This document shows positions 35,416-47,750 of a DNA stretch of 64,000 bases, piece after piece (positions within the stretch are counted from its first letter, which is position 1; the number at the start of each line of letters is the position of its first letter). The notes beneath the pieces were generated by a model. It saw only the letters and a list, made by a program, of their open reading frames with translations, was not told the DNA's origin and ran no database searches. The stretch is from Antedon mediterranea (Eukaryota > Animalia > Echinodermata): positions 20,880,795 through 20,944,794 of the forward strand of contig NC_092670.1 of assembly GCF_964355755.1 (NCBI RefSeq), in the 5' to 3' direction. A program made the translations under genes and the position numbers.

Positions 35416-38400
35416 AACCGTTTCTGGGAAAAACTTTAAAATTAGCTATGTAACTTGATCGAGTCGTAACAATAAAATAAGATCAATAAAATAGGCCTGC
35501 AATATTTTATTCTAGTATATAGGCCTAATTCATAACCATTAAAGAAATATCCAATACAAGCGATATCCAATCCAGTATTATACATTGACCCCCTGACCTT
35601 GCGATTTTTTTTATAGGTTTTCTTGTTTTGCATTAAAAACAGCAAATATGCTTATATTGTATTACGAAACACAGTCCCTGGATGTGGCTAATAGCTTCCC
35701 TGGTTTGATATTAAAATTGAGTCAGAAGCAACGAAGGCGCCAGAAAGCATTTCCCGTGCTCTGACTCATTCATGATACGATCCTAGCAGCTGATTTGGCC
35801 TCTGTCCAATATGACTGAGTGACATATCAGTCACAAAGTTAGCCCCATAGTAAATATCTATTTATCTATTTTCAAGTATTACTATAACAGTTAGTTCAGT
35901 TCTACTTAATTTACATAGTGTGACATTTTATTTGTTTCTATTTCTGATCTTTTGCTCTTTATAAACGTCAGATTGGTTATAATGACATTCACTTAAACTG
36001 ACATCCATTTAGTTCTTGCGATTATATTATCAGTAAAATGGTCGGCGATTCATACTACTCTGCCTTCTCCATTCACTATAAAATTAGTGTTTAGATCTTA
36101 AACATGTATTTTGTACTCACTTTTTCCACACATTTACCCTTAAACATGTTTAGATATGAACATGTTTATGTTCTAAATATTATTCTAAACATGTAGTCTG
36201 TATCTAACTCAACACATCAGTGACGTGTTGATTGTTAAACATGTGGAGCAATATAAAGAAACGTTTAGGTTTAAATGTGTTTAATTTTCCATGTGTGGAG
36301 CTCACGTGTTGAGCTTTTTCCCTCACAGTAAAATCATATTCACGCAACGCTAAACACATACCCAATAGACAATAATGACTGAATAGTGACATGTTGACTG
36401 CTAAAACCTCTTATTAGAAAATTGGCCCTATAAACTGACCAAAAACTAGTTGGTTGATACATAGAGGATTTTCCTCCATGGTTGATTACAAACGTAAAGA
36501 TGATACCTGTAAGTAAAACCGAACTGTAAATTGATTTAGACCATCGTGACAAAGTCAGCTGATGATACTGAAAGGTCATTACAAATCACTGAAAGCAAAC
36601 TAGCTAAGATATCAATAATATATAAACAAACAAAACGAGTATTTTTGTTGTAATCTGTCACATGAGGCATTCAATAATTAAAATTAGAACTTCCATATGA
36701 AAATAGAAATACTAAATATCCTAATAATAAAGGCAGAGGTTCATTTCTGTAACTGACGAGTCACATGTGCTTGCTTTTATTTGTGAAAATGAAAAAGAAA
36801 TCGAAAGAGAACAATAAAAGTACAATGAGTTCAGGTTTTGATATTTCAAAAACTCACTTTCAAATCATTGAATAAATTAACTGTTCAAATTCAAATTGCA
36901 TTTAAATTTGACATACAAACCTTTGTTGTGGCATTAACAAATATATTTCCCCTTATTGATTTACAAAAAAAGGTTTACCTAGATAGGGGTTTCTCAAAGG
37001 AGGGGTTCTATTAAAATTCTGTCCACTCCTTTTCGTCATTATTACTGTAAAACAGTTTTAACTGTTTTACAGTAAAAAGCACTTAAAAGTGCTTTTTATA
37101 GTGATATTTTAGATTTTATATTATATGGATGTCACATATTCATCCATTTCTTTTTTTCGGATAGTACATCAACGTACAAAACAAAAAGAGACAAAAATTA
37201 CTAGGAAATTACCAGTAACATTTTCCACAATCACAACCTTATCCTAAAATGTCATTTTTTTCTGAATTTAGTTATGTTTTAGGCCTAAATAAAACAAAAT
37301 AATACCTGTTTTGAGGCACTCTCTAATTAAGCAATGGCACTGCAACAACGACAAGATTCAAATCTTATAACACTGCAGCAGGGATTGGCAATGACATAAT
37401 AACCAAGCTACAGAATTACTACAGTATATAACATGCTTATTAATAATCATATTCAATATTTTTCTCACAAAGCCACACATTGGATTCAGGAAGCTCAATG
37501 TTAGTTATGTACTATTGAGTTTTGATCATTTCTATTTCATTGCTTCATTACAAAAAAGGAGAAATAATTCGCAGTCTTATTGTAAATAACTTTTGGATCT
37601 AGGTTATCGTCAAAGTATTAGCAATCAAAACAGTATTTGAATGATATATTATAACAATAATATAACTGTCATCTGTAAAATCACTTTTACAGCTTACTAA
37701 TGACGCATGCATGAAGATGTTCACCCTGAGCGACCTGATTTAATAAAATAATCTAATATAAATCCAAAGGAAAGTTACTCAAAAAAACTAACATACATAA
37801 AGAAGAAAAAGCTAAATCAAAACATAACGCTCGAGTAATTATGGTAAACGCTATTCTTCATCAGGGTTTGAATATAAATATTCACGGCAATTTCAATTGT
37901 TTAAACCTTTCCTTAATAAATTCAAGACGGCAATTTAGATGCTAAGAAATTCAGGGCTAATTCAATTACCTTACTGTTTATTTACGAGTTTAATGAACAA
38001 GAGGGGATTTCCCTCAATTAGTAAAGGCGAAAACAATTAGGTTATTTCATTATCACGTTATATGAAAACATCCGGGAAAGATTGTCTAATTTAAGAATTA
38101 GAATTTTAGATTAATGTTAAGAATGTAGATTAATGGTATGTAGTAACACCTTATAATGAACTGCGTTCCAATTGGGCTATCGATTCCGAACTCTACCAGA
38201 ATCATTTAAACGATGACGCCAGCGTTCCAATGTTGATGAAAATTAACGACTTATACACGCGCGTAAAACACATTTTGCTTGAATATGACGAATTGTGACA
38301 CAACGGACTATACGTACAAGATAAATCCATAAGACCAATCCACAATTTTAAAATGAACTCTCGGGACAACTTATGACAATGAATAAATAACCTGATGGTC

Positions 38401-40743
38401 CATAATAAACTTATGTGTTGTTATATATTGATTCAAGCAGCAGCAGTGCCATCTTTTTTTTTAATGATACCATTGCTATACTGTATTCTTTTTTTAATTG
38501 TTGACATTGATCCCGTTGTTATGCACTAAGCATTGTTTCACAAAAGAACGTCACCCAAATATTTTTTATCAATCGCAAGCTTGTTTCCACATATTAAAAA
38601 AAAACTTCAATGACTGGTACTGGCTAAAAAAAACTACGAAGCCTTCACTGACTTGGCAGTAATATAATTATAATAGCGCCTTGGCAAATATATAATAATT
38701 GCTTTAACGAAAATATTAAGCAAAGAAAGAAAAAGAAAAACCAATGAAAGGGAAATGATTCGTTGATGTGGAGAAAATAGTGTTTTGGTAAACCGATACC
38801 GTACCCGATTTTGTGAAATAGTACCCTGACTGACGATTAGAAAAGAACGTTCAAAGAAAAACAACATAACCAAACTGATTTCTTCCAAGAATATGTCTAC
38901 ACTTTTAATACAAACTTCAAAATAGTGTTAATTGCTGCAAATATAAACATATGATTCTTAATTCCGTACCAGCTAGCCTATAATATAACTGTACACAGTA
39001 TACAGTTATTGCACAATGTGTCGAAATATAGAAAATTATGGAATTAATATTTTGAATATTTTTATAATATAAATCTTTACAAAAGTGGATAAAATGTCCA
39101 CAAGCGTAGTGGTTATTTAAAATGTTTAAACAAAAATTATAATTTTAGTTCTATTTACTTAATTAATATAAAAATATAACAAGAACACAAGGTATATATA
39201 ATATTAAGTTGAAAAACATCTGCATTGATTCGTACTATCATAAAAAATAAAACTTTTGTTTCTAAAAAAGTTTTTGCCAGCATACATTCCACTTCATTAT
39301 CTTACTTCATTGGTTTATACCATTTTCAATTAAGGGTATTATCTCATTTTGGAGAAGTACAGGCCTAAGTAGAATAAGTTGAATATAATATCTACAAAAC
39401 TATTTTTAAAACAATGAATCAGCATAAATATTTGTTATTGTCATCTTGTTAACGTATAATCAACATACAGTAATTAGCTGTGGATACAACTTCCATCCAG
39501 GCCTCATGTAGAAAAACGTTTGACGTCACATAAGGTTAAAGGTTAATTACACAACACTTATAGAGAAAAGTCCATCGCAATTTTAGAAAATTTACAAAAC
39601 GTCGTATTCTGAATACGATTGTGACAATTTTAAATTTGGTTATAAATCTTTCGTAAAAACAATCAGTAAATGTCAGTTAGCTATTAATGCAATATGTTAA
39701 CTCTGGATTATATAATGAGCACAGTTGCTGTAAACCGAAGTGGCTATTTACCCGACGGATATATATAGAGACAAATAAAAAATTTACCAATCAAGTTTAA
39801 GTTGATCTGCAATATCATAGGTGTATCTTAACAGTAACTTTTGTGTCAAAAGATATAAAATATCCGATCAGAATGTTCTAGTAGAAATCACGTTAAGTTA
39901 CGAGAATAAAATATATCAAAACGGAAATCAGTAATTATAATTCAATATTATTTGATTTGGATTAAACTCAAGACTGAATCATGGAAACGAATGGCATATC
40001 AGAGTTTGTACGCGCGCGTGCTTAGATATGTGTATCTCTCTTCGTGTAACGGTTTCATTGACGTTAATACTATGTGTCAAAATATATATTATACTATACA
40101 AAATGATACGGAAGACAACGTAATAGAGGATGACAAGATACCAGCGGACTACTGTATTAATATTTTGAAGGTGTAAGTAGTTAAAAAACGAATCAAAAAA
40201 TAAACAAACGAATAAATATCAATACAGTATAATGTTTACAATTTTATAATCAATTAATACCTTGATTTTCATTTCTTAAAAAAATCATATATAAAATTCC
40301 TATAGGATAACCATTATAGGTCATCCGGTCTCACATTTTTTTTTTTTTTTTTTACTCAATAGAAAAGATATATATGTATATATTTACCATTTACCCAAAA
40401 ATATTAAAAAGTAGGCCTAATATATTTCGCTAATTTCTTTCTTTTTAAAAAATTGTTAAACAAATCCCAAATAATTATGGTAATCAAATTATTACAATCA
40501 CCATACAATATTATGAATATGATAAAAATATTTAAAATACAAAGACATGAAAACGTCATATTTGAACACGAAACGAACAAGTCAATGTAGACATATATAG
40601 CGATTTTGTGAATACGCACACTTTTCCTTGTTACTATAGATAAAATATAACTTTAAATGACCAAAATCACTTGCGACAACTATGATAACTATTGATAATA
40701 GTTTCAATTGTCAAGTTCATGCATATTCATAAGTGTCAAAATA

Positions 40744-41802
40744 TCAATTGGCTGCCACTAGAGGATGTTGTCCATAGCGACCATTAAACGCCGAACCTTG
40801 GAAATTCATTGTGTCGTAAAACATGCGATTCGGTTTGACAGCGGACGCCGCAATTGGTCTTGTTTCAAAACCGTAACTTGGAAATTCTTCAACTCTTGGA
40901 AAGAACGGGTCTGCCCAACAGTTATATGCGTTATCGGGTCTTGGTATGGAAGGCAACCATGCTTCCCGTTGTGCAAAGTTATTTGGTACTCTTTGATAGG
41001 CGTTAGCACCGTTGTTCAATCCATTTCGCTGTTTAAAATATGCGCCAACTTCGGTGGGCGATTGGCGCGGAGGAAAGTTGCTTCGTTTGCCGGAATTCTT
41101 CAGTTTAGTTGAACCAAATTTAGTCTGTGCAAACATTGCTGCCGTAAACATGTGCTGTGTTTTCTGGGGTGTTCTTATGTAATCCGATGTAGGACTTGTG
41201 TTTGAACGACTAAGTAGCATTGTCGTTGGAGATGGAGATGTTCCAAAACTTGATGTAGGAGAAACAGGCGATAATGATGAAGATACTGGTGATAGTCCCA
41301 GGGTAAGGTTACTCATTGAAGTGGCTAGCGAATCAATCGGTTTAAAAGTAGCTGCGTCTGGGTTAAAAGCAAATCTGGAGGCATCATCATGTCCAGCATG
41401 ACTGGCAACCTCGTCGTCTGCTGCCGTATTGTCAATACTTTCTTCGGCATGGTGGTCACTGTAAAGGATTTTTGTAGAACCTTTCTCTCCAATTCTGTAA
41501 GAGACCTCACGGGGGTCAATCCACACCATTAAGTCGTGGGGTAGATTAGCAAGTATCTCCTCAACTTTAAGTCCACTTTTCTTGCTGGCTATATCCACGG
41601 CTGGATCAAGGCGGGAAGATTGAAATTTCAAACATCGATATGCGGATCCTTTAGTTGGTCTTTCTGGGTACCAATGTCCTTGGAATTTGTGATCGAGCGC
41701 CTTTTCTAGTTCATATCCAAAACCATCAATGCGCCGGCGCGGTAGCTTGTTGTACAGATACGAGCAGACGAATTGTACTGCAACTTGTAATTCACTATTC
41801 AT
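40744..41802 (-). CDS. TOB1: Tob-subfamily BTG/Tob antiproliferative protein (CAF1/CCR4-NOT and PABP adaptor), 352 aa, CDS in a single exon; co-ortholog of vertebrate TOB1/TOB2
   Basis: MNSELQVAVQFVCSYLYNKLPRRR start, Box A (HWYPERPTKGSAYRC), Box B (LPHDLMVWIDPREVSYRIGE), PAM2 motif AFNPDAATFKP, Ser/Pro-rich region, the Tob-specific FTAAMFAQTKFGSTKLKNSG block and the C-terminus QHPLVAAN. An in-frame upstream ATG at 41841 could add 13 aa. Confidence 0.95.
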   Translation of the reverse strand: MNSELQVAVQFVCSYLYNKLPRRRIDGFGYELEKALDHKFQGHWYPERPTKGSAYRCLKFQSSRLDPAVDIASKKSGLKVEEILANLPHDLMVWIDPREVSYRIGEKGSTKILYSDHHAEESIDNTAADDEVASHAGHDDASRFAFNPDAATFKPIDSLATSMSNLTLGLSPVSSSLSPVSPTSSFGTSPSPTTMLLSRSNTSPTSDYIRTPQKTQHMFTAAMFAQTKFGSTKLKNSGKRSNFPPRQSPTEVGAYFKQRNGLNNGANAYQRVPNNFAQREAWLPSIPRPDNAYNCWADPFFPRVEEFPSYGFETRPIAASAVKPNRMFYDTMNFQGSAFNGRYGQHPLVAAN

Positions 41803-41914
41803 GTTTGACTGTATATAATTCCTGTGAAAGCACTCTCGCATCAGTTCGTTTCCAACTTCACTCTGTAAATAGATGAAAATAATCATTATTATTATATAGA
41901 TACATAGTAGCGTC

Positions 41915-42352
41915 TAGGTCACGTGATACTATAAGCAGCTGTCTTATTGGCCGATTGCCAACCTTCAATTAGTTACGTATGTGTACAGGCTGTTTCATTG
42001 GTGACGTCAGCAACTCACTTGCGTATCCGGTGACCTTTTCATTGGCTTCTGGTTTCAGCTTACTCAAATCATATTTGACTTCCTGCGCATTGAACACTAC
42101 TATGTTTGATAGTTAAGTAGAATACATGTCTATTATATTTATACGTACATTTATTGAAATTTTCGTTATCAACAATGATAACGAATATAACGCGCATTGT
42201 GACTCATTACAATATAATTAACGTATTGAATACGTTTTTGCAACTTTGCAATTTATCCGCATGCGTTCGGTTACTGACGTCAGTATCCCCTGGATAGAGC
42301 ATGAATACATATAAATTGATCACGTGTTTTCTTACGTAACACCTTGACGTCA
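41915..42352. promoter_or_regulatory. Dense transcription-factor motif cluster immediately 5' of the Tob coding exon
   Basis: GTCACGTGAT E-box (~41918), several ATTGG (CCAAT) boxes, three TGACGTCA (42002, 42275, 42345), ETS-like ACTTCCTG (~42078), TTACGTAA (42332) and CACGTG (42321). Confidence 0.55.
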
Positions 42353-42748
42353 TGATAATAACATTACAACAAAGAAAATATTTTTGTTTACTACTACTGT
42401 AATTTATTAGTTTGCCTTTTGAAGTGGACTGTATGAAAGAAATAATCGACATTTAAATTTACGAGTTAATGAGATTGCACAAAAACATCATGCATTGAAA
42501 TTACGTTTCTGTAGTAGTATTTGTGGTTCGAATACATTTTGTATAACAAAAAGGAATATATAATTCAATGTATGTATCGTATTCAGTGTATTCTATAGGT
42601 ACGTATAGATTATAATACTGAATCGCACGCAGTCATTGGTATACAGTAGTTAACTGTTTAGATTGACCCTTATATGCCTACTTTTGAAACATTTCTTAAT
42701 TACATCGTCAATTATTTATTACGTCATGTTTGTTAACGTACAGTATAA

Positions 42749-42941
42749 GGGCCATTTTAAACAACGAGCGGTGGTAACGGTAAAAAAAATAGAATCTATG
42801 TTATTATATTAGTTAATGGCCATTTACACACAACGCGGAGCGAACGGGCGGTTTTCGCTCAGGATAGATACAGATTTTACGTGGGACAAGCTATACGCGG
42901 TTTTCCGCTTACTGTTACCGCTCGTCTGTGTAAATTGGCCT
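42749..42941. mobile_element. MITE family C (PIF/Harbinger type, TAA TSD)
   Basis: TAA|GGGCCATTTTAAACAACGAGCGGT ... ACCGCTCGTCTGTGTAAATTGGCCT|TAA. Confidence 0.7.
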
Positions 42942-43793
42942 TAAGCCTACTTATTACAGATACATTAGTGTGGCACAGTTATTACGCGTGTTATAATTTA
43001 ATTAGGTGAGGAGTTATATATTTTTAAACAATTTCAAACTAATTAGTGGTTAGGCCTATGGTGATACTTTCCAGTATTGTTTTCAGTGTAAATATACAAC
43101 TTTACTAGCATATGAAACGTTGAAGGGCCATTAGTAAAAACATTTATAATTTATGTCAAAATGTTTCAATTCAGTGATTAAAAATTGCACAATATTCCCC
43201 CACCCACATAGATCATCATCACACCCACGTGTGGCACGCTTCTTGAAATAAACTACCGTAACTTGTGAACTATTTAGATAAAACAAAATGTGCGGGTGTT
43301 CATCATAATTGGCAAGCAAAATATACGGTAAGTTATAACAATACAAGCATTATGCACATACAGCATATGTGCTTATGTTTTCATCAGAAATAATATTAAT
43401 ACTGTCCATAATCTATTCCCCCTTAAAGACCGAAAATAATTTGTTCGTTTCGAGAATGTTACACTATTATGATGGGTGACGTCGTATAAGTAATTAGTGG
43501 ATGACGTATAACAATTATATATAACTCCGGCATTGGATTGGTTAATATTATTTGTAGGCAATCAAAATGCCGTCGTTTTCGTAATTTACGGTGAAAATAA
43601 TATTAATGACCCTGTCTCAAATCCTTTATAAAATTACGACTTAGATTCACTACGGTTGTGTAATTAGATTCGTTAAAGAAATCGTAACCCGATAAATGAA
43701 ATTGAATCAGTGAATATATTACGATATTCGACGACGAAACAAATTTATGCTCTGAAACTCATCATTGGTGACAACATGAAGAGACGTGACACT

Positions 43794-43848
43794 TTGTCGC
43801 ACACGTCACACACAATTTGTCGCACGCGTCACACACAATTTGTCGCAC
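43794..43848. repeat. ~24-bp tandem repeat, about 2.4 copies
   Basis: TTGTCGCAC(A/G)CGTCACACACAAT is repeated. Confidence 0.8.
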
Positions 43849-46800
43849 ATTACATTTGGTGTGTGCAGTACTGTACTGTGGTGGCATCACTATCGGCAAT
43901 ATTTAGCACATTTCAATAATGTTACAGATGCAAACGCATTTTATACTCGTAATACATTATGTGAAAGTTAAGTAATTGTTTAAAATTTTATTTATATATT
44001 AATGTTTAAAATTTTAAAAAAATTGCTGACACTTGTTCCTGCTTTCGTGAGATTCATAGCGCATGTGTGCTACATAGCGCCCTCATTATGTCTGCACAAT
44101 ACGCAAATATCTTTTTTTTTAAAAGATATCTGCAATCTGTACTTATATTTCTTATATATAAAATATGCTTTATTAATGTATATAATTACATTTGAATGTT
44201 TTTTTGTCAACAACGAGGCAGGCATTCAAAAAACTGTAATATCAGCAGTTGAACGCGCGCTAAATGTTTTTTTTATATATTTTGTCTGATCGCGAAGTCA
44301 TTAGCAGCCAGCCTCAGGCGACCGTGTCTATAGACTAGACATCAAAACCACTTAAGGGTAAATGTCCATCACAACAAACATATTAATTAATGTGTTGGGC
44401 AAACAAAGAAAAAAGATATATTATCAATTAATTATTTACAGTGTAAACATTGCCTATCATTGCTCAGTTAGGTTATAAAATGAGGTTATCAATTGCTATT
44501 CGACTTACTTAGACTGAATTAACAGCTCACAGTTTTTGTCAAATTTATTATTGACCATATCGACACCGAAAATCATCATTATTTAATGTGTGTATTTAAT
44601 ATGCGTTGTTAATTACTGACGTCGAACAGCAGAAGTAGGGCTCATTGTATTGATCTGAGCCAGTTAGTTTAGTTGTTTAAAATAGATTTAGTTGCCCCGG
44701 TGCTTTTCCAGTATACTCCTTTATTATTTGATTATAACCGGCGGTATATCAGTTTATTGTTAATTATCAAGAAGACATAAATGACGGTTTCTTTAGGAAT
44801 GAACCCGATTTCCATTTAGCGTTACTTTACACGAAACAAAACTGAGTGAATTATAAGATTGTTCCATTATTCTGGGGGTACAACCCTATATGACCCATGG
44901 AGTGCCCTGAACGAGCAAAATCAAATACGAGTAAAACCTTCATGAACTGTAATGGAGAATGTTGTTTTAACGCGCACGAGCGTTAAACAGTGTGCCTCTT
45001 CTTCGAAATATGATATAGATGAATTAACATGCGACAGTAGGCCTACTGCGCATGTGCATATAAAATCCATCATCATAATAGCATACGGGGTAAAGTATAT
45101 TGATGTTGATATTAAATTACATATCTAGGTCAAACCCGTTAGACCGGTTTAATAAGGTTCATATGATTTTATCAAACGGGTAAGAAATGGCTATTATTAA
45201 ATTGTTTCACATGATACGGTGTGTCGAATTTGGCAAAAGGTCACCATCAATCGATATAGTCTATAGCAGCCGTGTCAATATTAACCATTTAATGTATTAA
45301 TTGTCTTACAGTCGTTACAGTATAAAATGTTTTCTTTCGCGTAACCAATTGCGTAATGATTCGTGTGTAGATTTGGCGTGCCATAGACAAACCCCTTAAC
45401 TAATAATATTACTACTCGGCGTTCCATACGAATCGTTATAGATGATTACGAGGTTGTTAAAACAATTGAAATATCAAGCATATAATTACTTGTCAAAATG
45501 AATGCCCTGAAACCGGTAATACAATACAGTTAAAACTTAATAGGCCGGGTATTTAAAGTATTACTAGATTAGTACATAATGAATAATCATCTTCACATTG
45601 AAATGCTATTCCTGTATAATTTTGGGACATAAATTTCTATGTAATCTCACCACACATATCCTCAGCTGCATGCCAGATAGGCAATACCATACACGGATCA
45701 TGAAATAAAGTGTAACACCGTCCGTTGACCAGACAATTTTATCAATCGTAATTCAAAATGTATTGATGAGTCTTAAACCAGTTTTTAGTCGATAACAATT
45801 GATATTATTTTTCATAACTAAAGATTTTATTTCATAACAGATATTTGACTTAAACGATTTATATTATAAATCTTTTAAAATAGGCCCATCAAAGTCGCTT
45901 TTAGAACGAATGGATCCTTATGGATTATCCGGAGATTACCAGATGAAGAATGGGATTACTAACGTAACAATTGCTGGATTTAGCAACTCAATCAAAACAT
46001 TGAGATGAGCCATCTGGAATGGTTAAGAACTATGTCAATATTGTGATACTGCGGCTACAGCAGTAACCATATTGAAGATATTTAATTTTTCACTGTGCCT
46101 TCACATTGCGTATACCACTTTCAAGAAAGAAGAACTGCATGTGTGTTCACACGATAAAAACATAAATATACTGCAGTATGAAAATTCAGCCGCAGTATCA
46201 CTCATCAAACTTGACCCGTGCGTACGAAAGCTGATGATAAAAAACGCGCGATTTAACCATTGTACGATAACAATAAATAACATCAGCATGCTGGTTGGTG
46301 CGAGAAGGCATTTCCTATACTCCTCGGAGAATACACGATAATCACTTTTAAATGAATTGTAGTTGGATAGCTAATTAGATCGGGGAGATAAACAAAGACA
46401 CATTTCTCTTTTTCATAATAACGTATGTATTTCAAACACGTTTGAAGCCTACACGGATAAGATCTTTCCAACCCCGTGAATTCATCTATTTTTAGTAGCA
46501 AATGTATTAACACTCCGTTGTCTATTTCATAGGGTAACATCCGGGTCTATTGAAGTAATAGGCCTTCAATAGGCACTCGGATATATTTATTCTCGGTAAC
46601 ATATGCTGCCATTCTATAGTTGCTATAGTAACCCAGATTAGTACGCCGTCGTAATCGATCAACGGCTGGGACTAATCAAATAAATAATTATATAAGCATC
46701 TAAAGAAAGCAAAACACATACACTAATATCAACAAAATGTTCTTGATGCGCGCGTACACAAATCGGTACCTTTGTTAACAGGGCTTTCACACGTGCGTCC

Positions 46801-47592
46801 AATTATATGCGTTATATCACAACCTCACATCACTTTTCCATCATAATATGAACGGTATTATGTTATTTGTTCATAGGCCTACAGAGATGTCATTGGTTCG
46901 AACTGGCCCCGGAAATCATTTATCATGCGGATTTTACGATGCGGATTGAAAACTTTGTGATAGAAAATATAGCCTAATTAAGATCATCCTGTTGACAGTA
47001 ACAATATGTAATAAATAATAGTTGTTTATAAATATATCTAGCAAACAATAAATCCATTTTGTGAAATGAAGGTACCCGTTAAATAAAGGCAAATATATAA
47101 ATAGTATCTGTATACCAACACATTGTTTAATTGATTGAATTAAATATATTCACACGACAGAATAATAATTGAATTAATTAACATCTATTCTATTATCTAT
47201 TATGATGTTGGTGGATAATATAAAACAACGCAAGTCTGTCTTTGCTACAGTCAGTACTTGCATACTTTTTAAATTTGTATTATGATTATGTTTAATTGTA
47301 AATCGTTCTTAGATGACATACACAAATTTGTAATTATTAAGTATTTTTTATGTTTATAATAAATGAGTGCATTAGTACAAATTGGTCTTTAATTAGAGGC
47401 CAAAGTTCTTACATTATTGTGAACTTAACTTAGAGAATCGTTAGAAACGCCTGGCGCATTGTAAGTCTTTTCACAACATAACACTACATTGCACTACAAC
47501 CAGTCATGTGGATTTGAATAAGTTGCAATAAGATGTCAACATACTATAACAATGTATAATAGTAATGTAGTTTAAATTAAAAATAAACTTAC

Positions 47593-47750
47593 CTTAATTT
47601 TAAATGATTGATCCAATATTTTTTAACGAGAGTTTGTGATCAGATCTTGAGAATAATCACTGAAGCAGACGATAAAAATGATCAATTTAAACGCAGACTA
47701 TAAAAGGATAAAAAAGTGCAGACGACAAACGCACCTAACGACTTTCACAT
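47593..47750 (-). other. Candidate non-coding first exon (5' UTR) of Tob
   Basis: Strong minus-strand donor AAG|GTAAGT at 47593/47592. ETS motifs lie upstream (ACTTCCGG 47881, AGGAAGT ~47970). The Tob coding exon has AG acceptors at 41862 and 41821 that need an upstream donor. Confidence 0.35.

Noticed and set aside
40765-41876. Overlapping plus-strand and alternative-frame ORFs within Tob
   Set aside because: Short, mostly non-ATG, with no recognisable features; expected by-products of a GC-richer coding exon.
41842-41886. 380-aa Tob starting MIIFIYLQ
   Set aside because: That start lies in the polypyrimidine tract upstream of the AG acceptor at 41863; homology begins at Met 41802.
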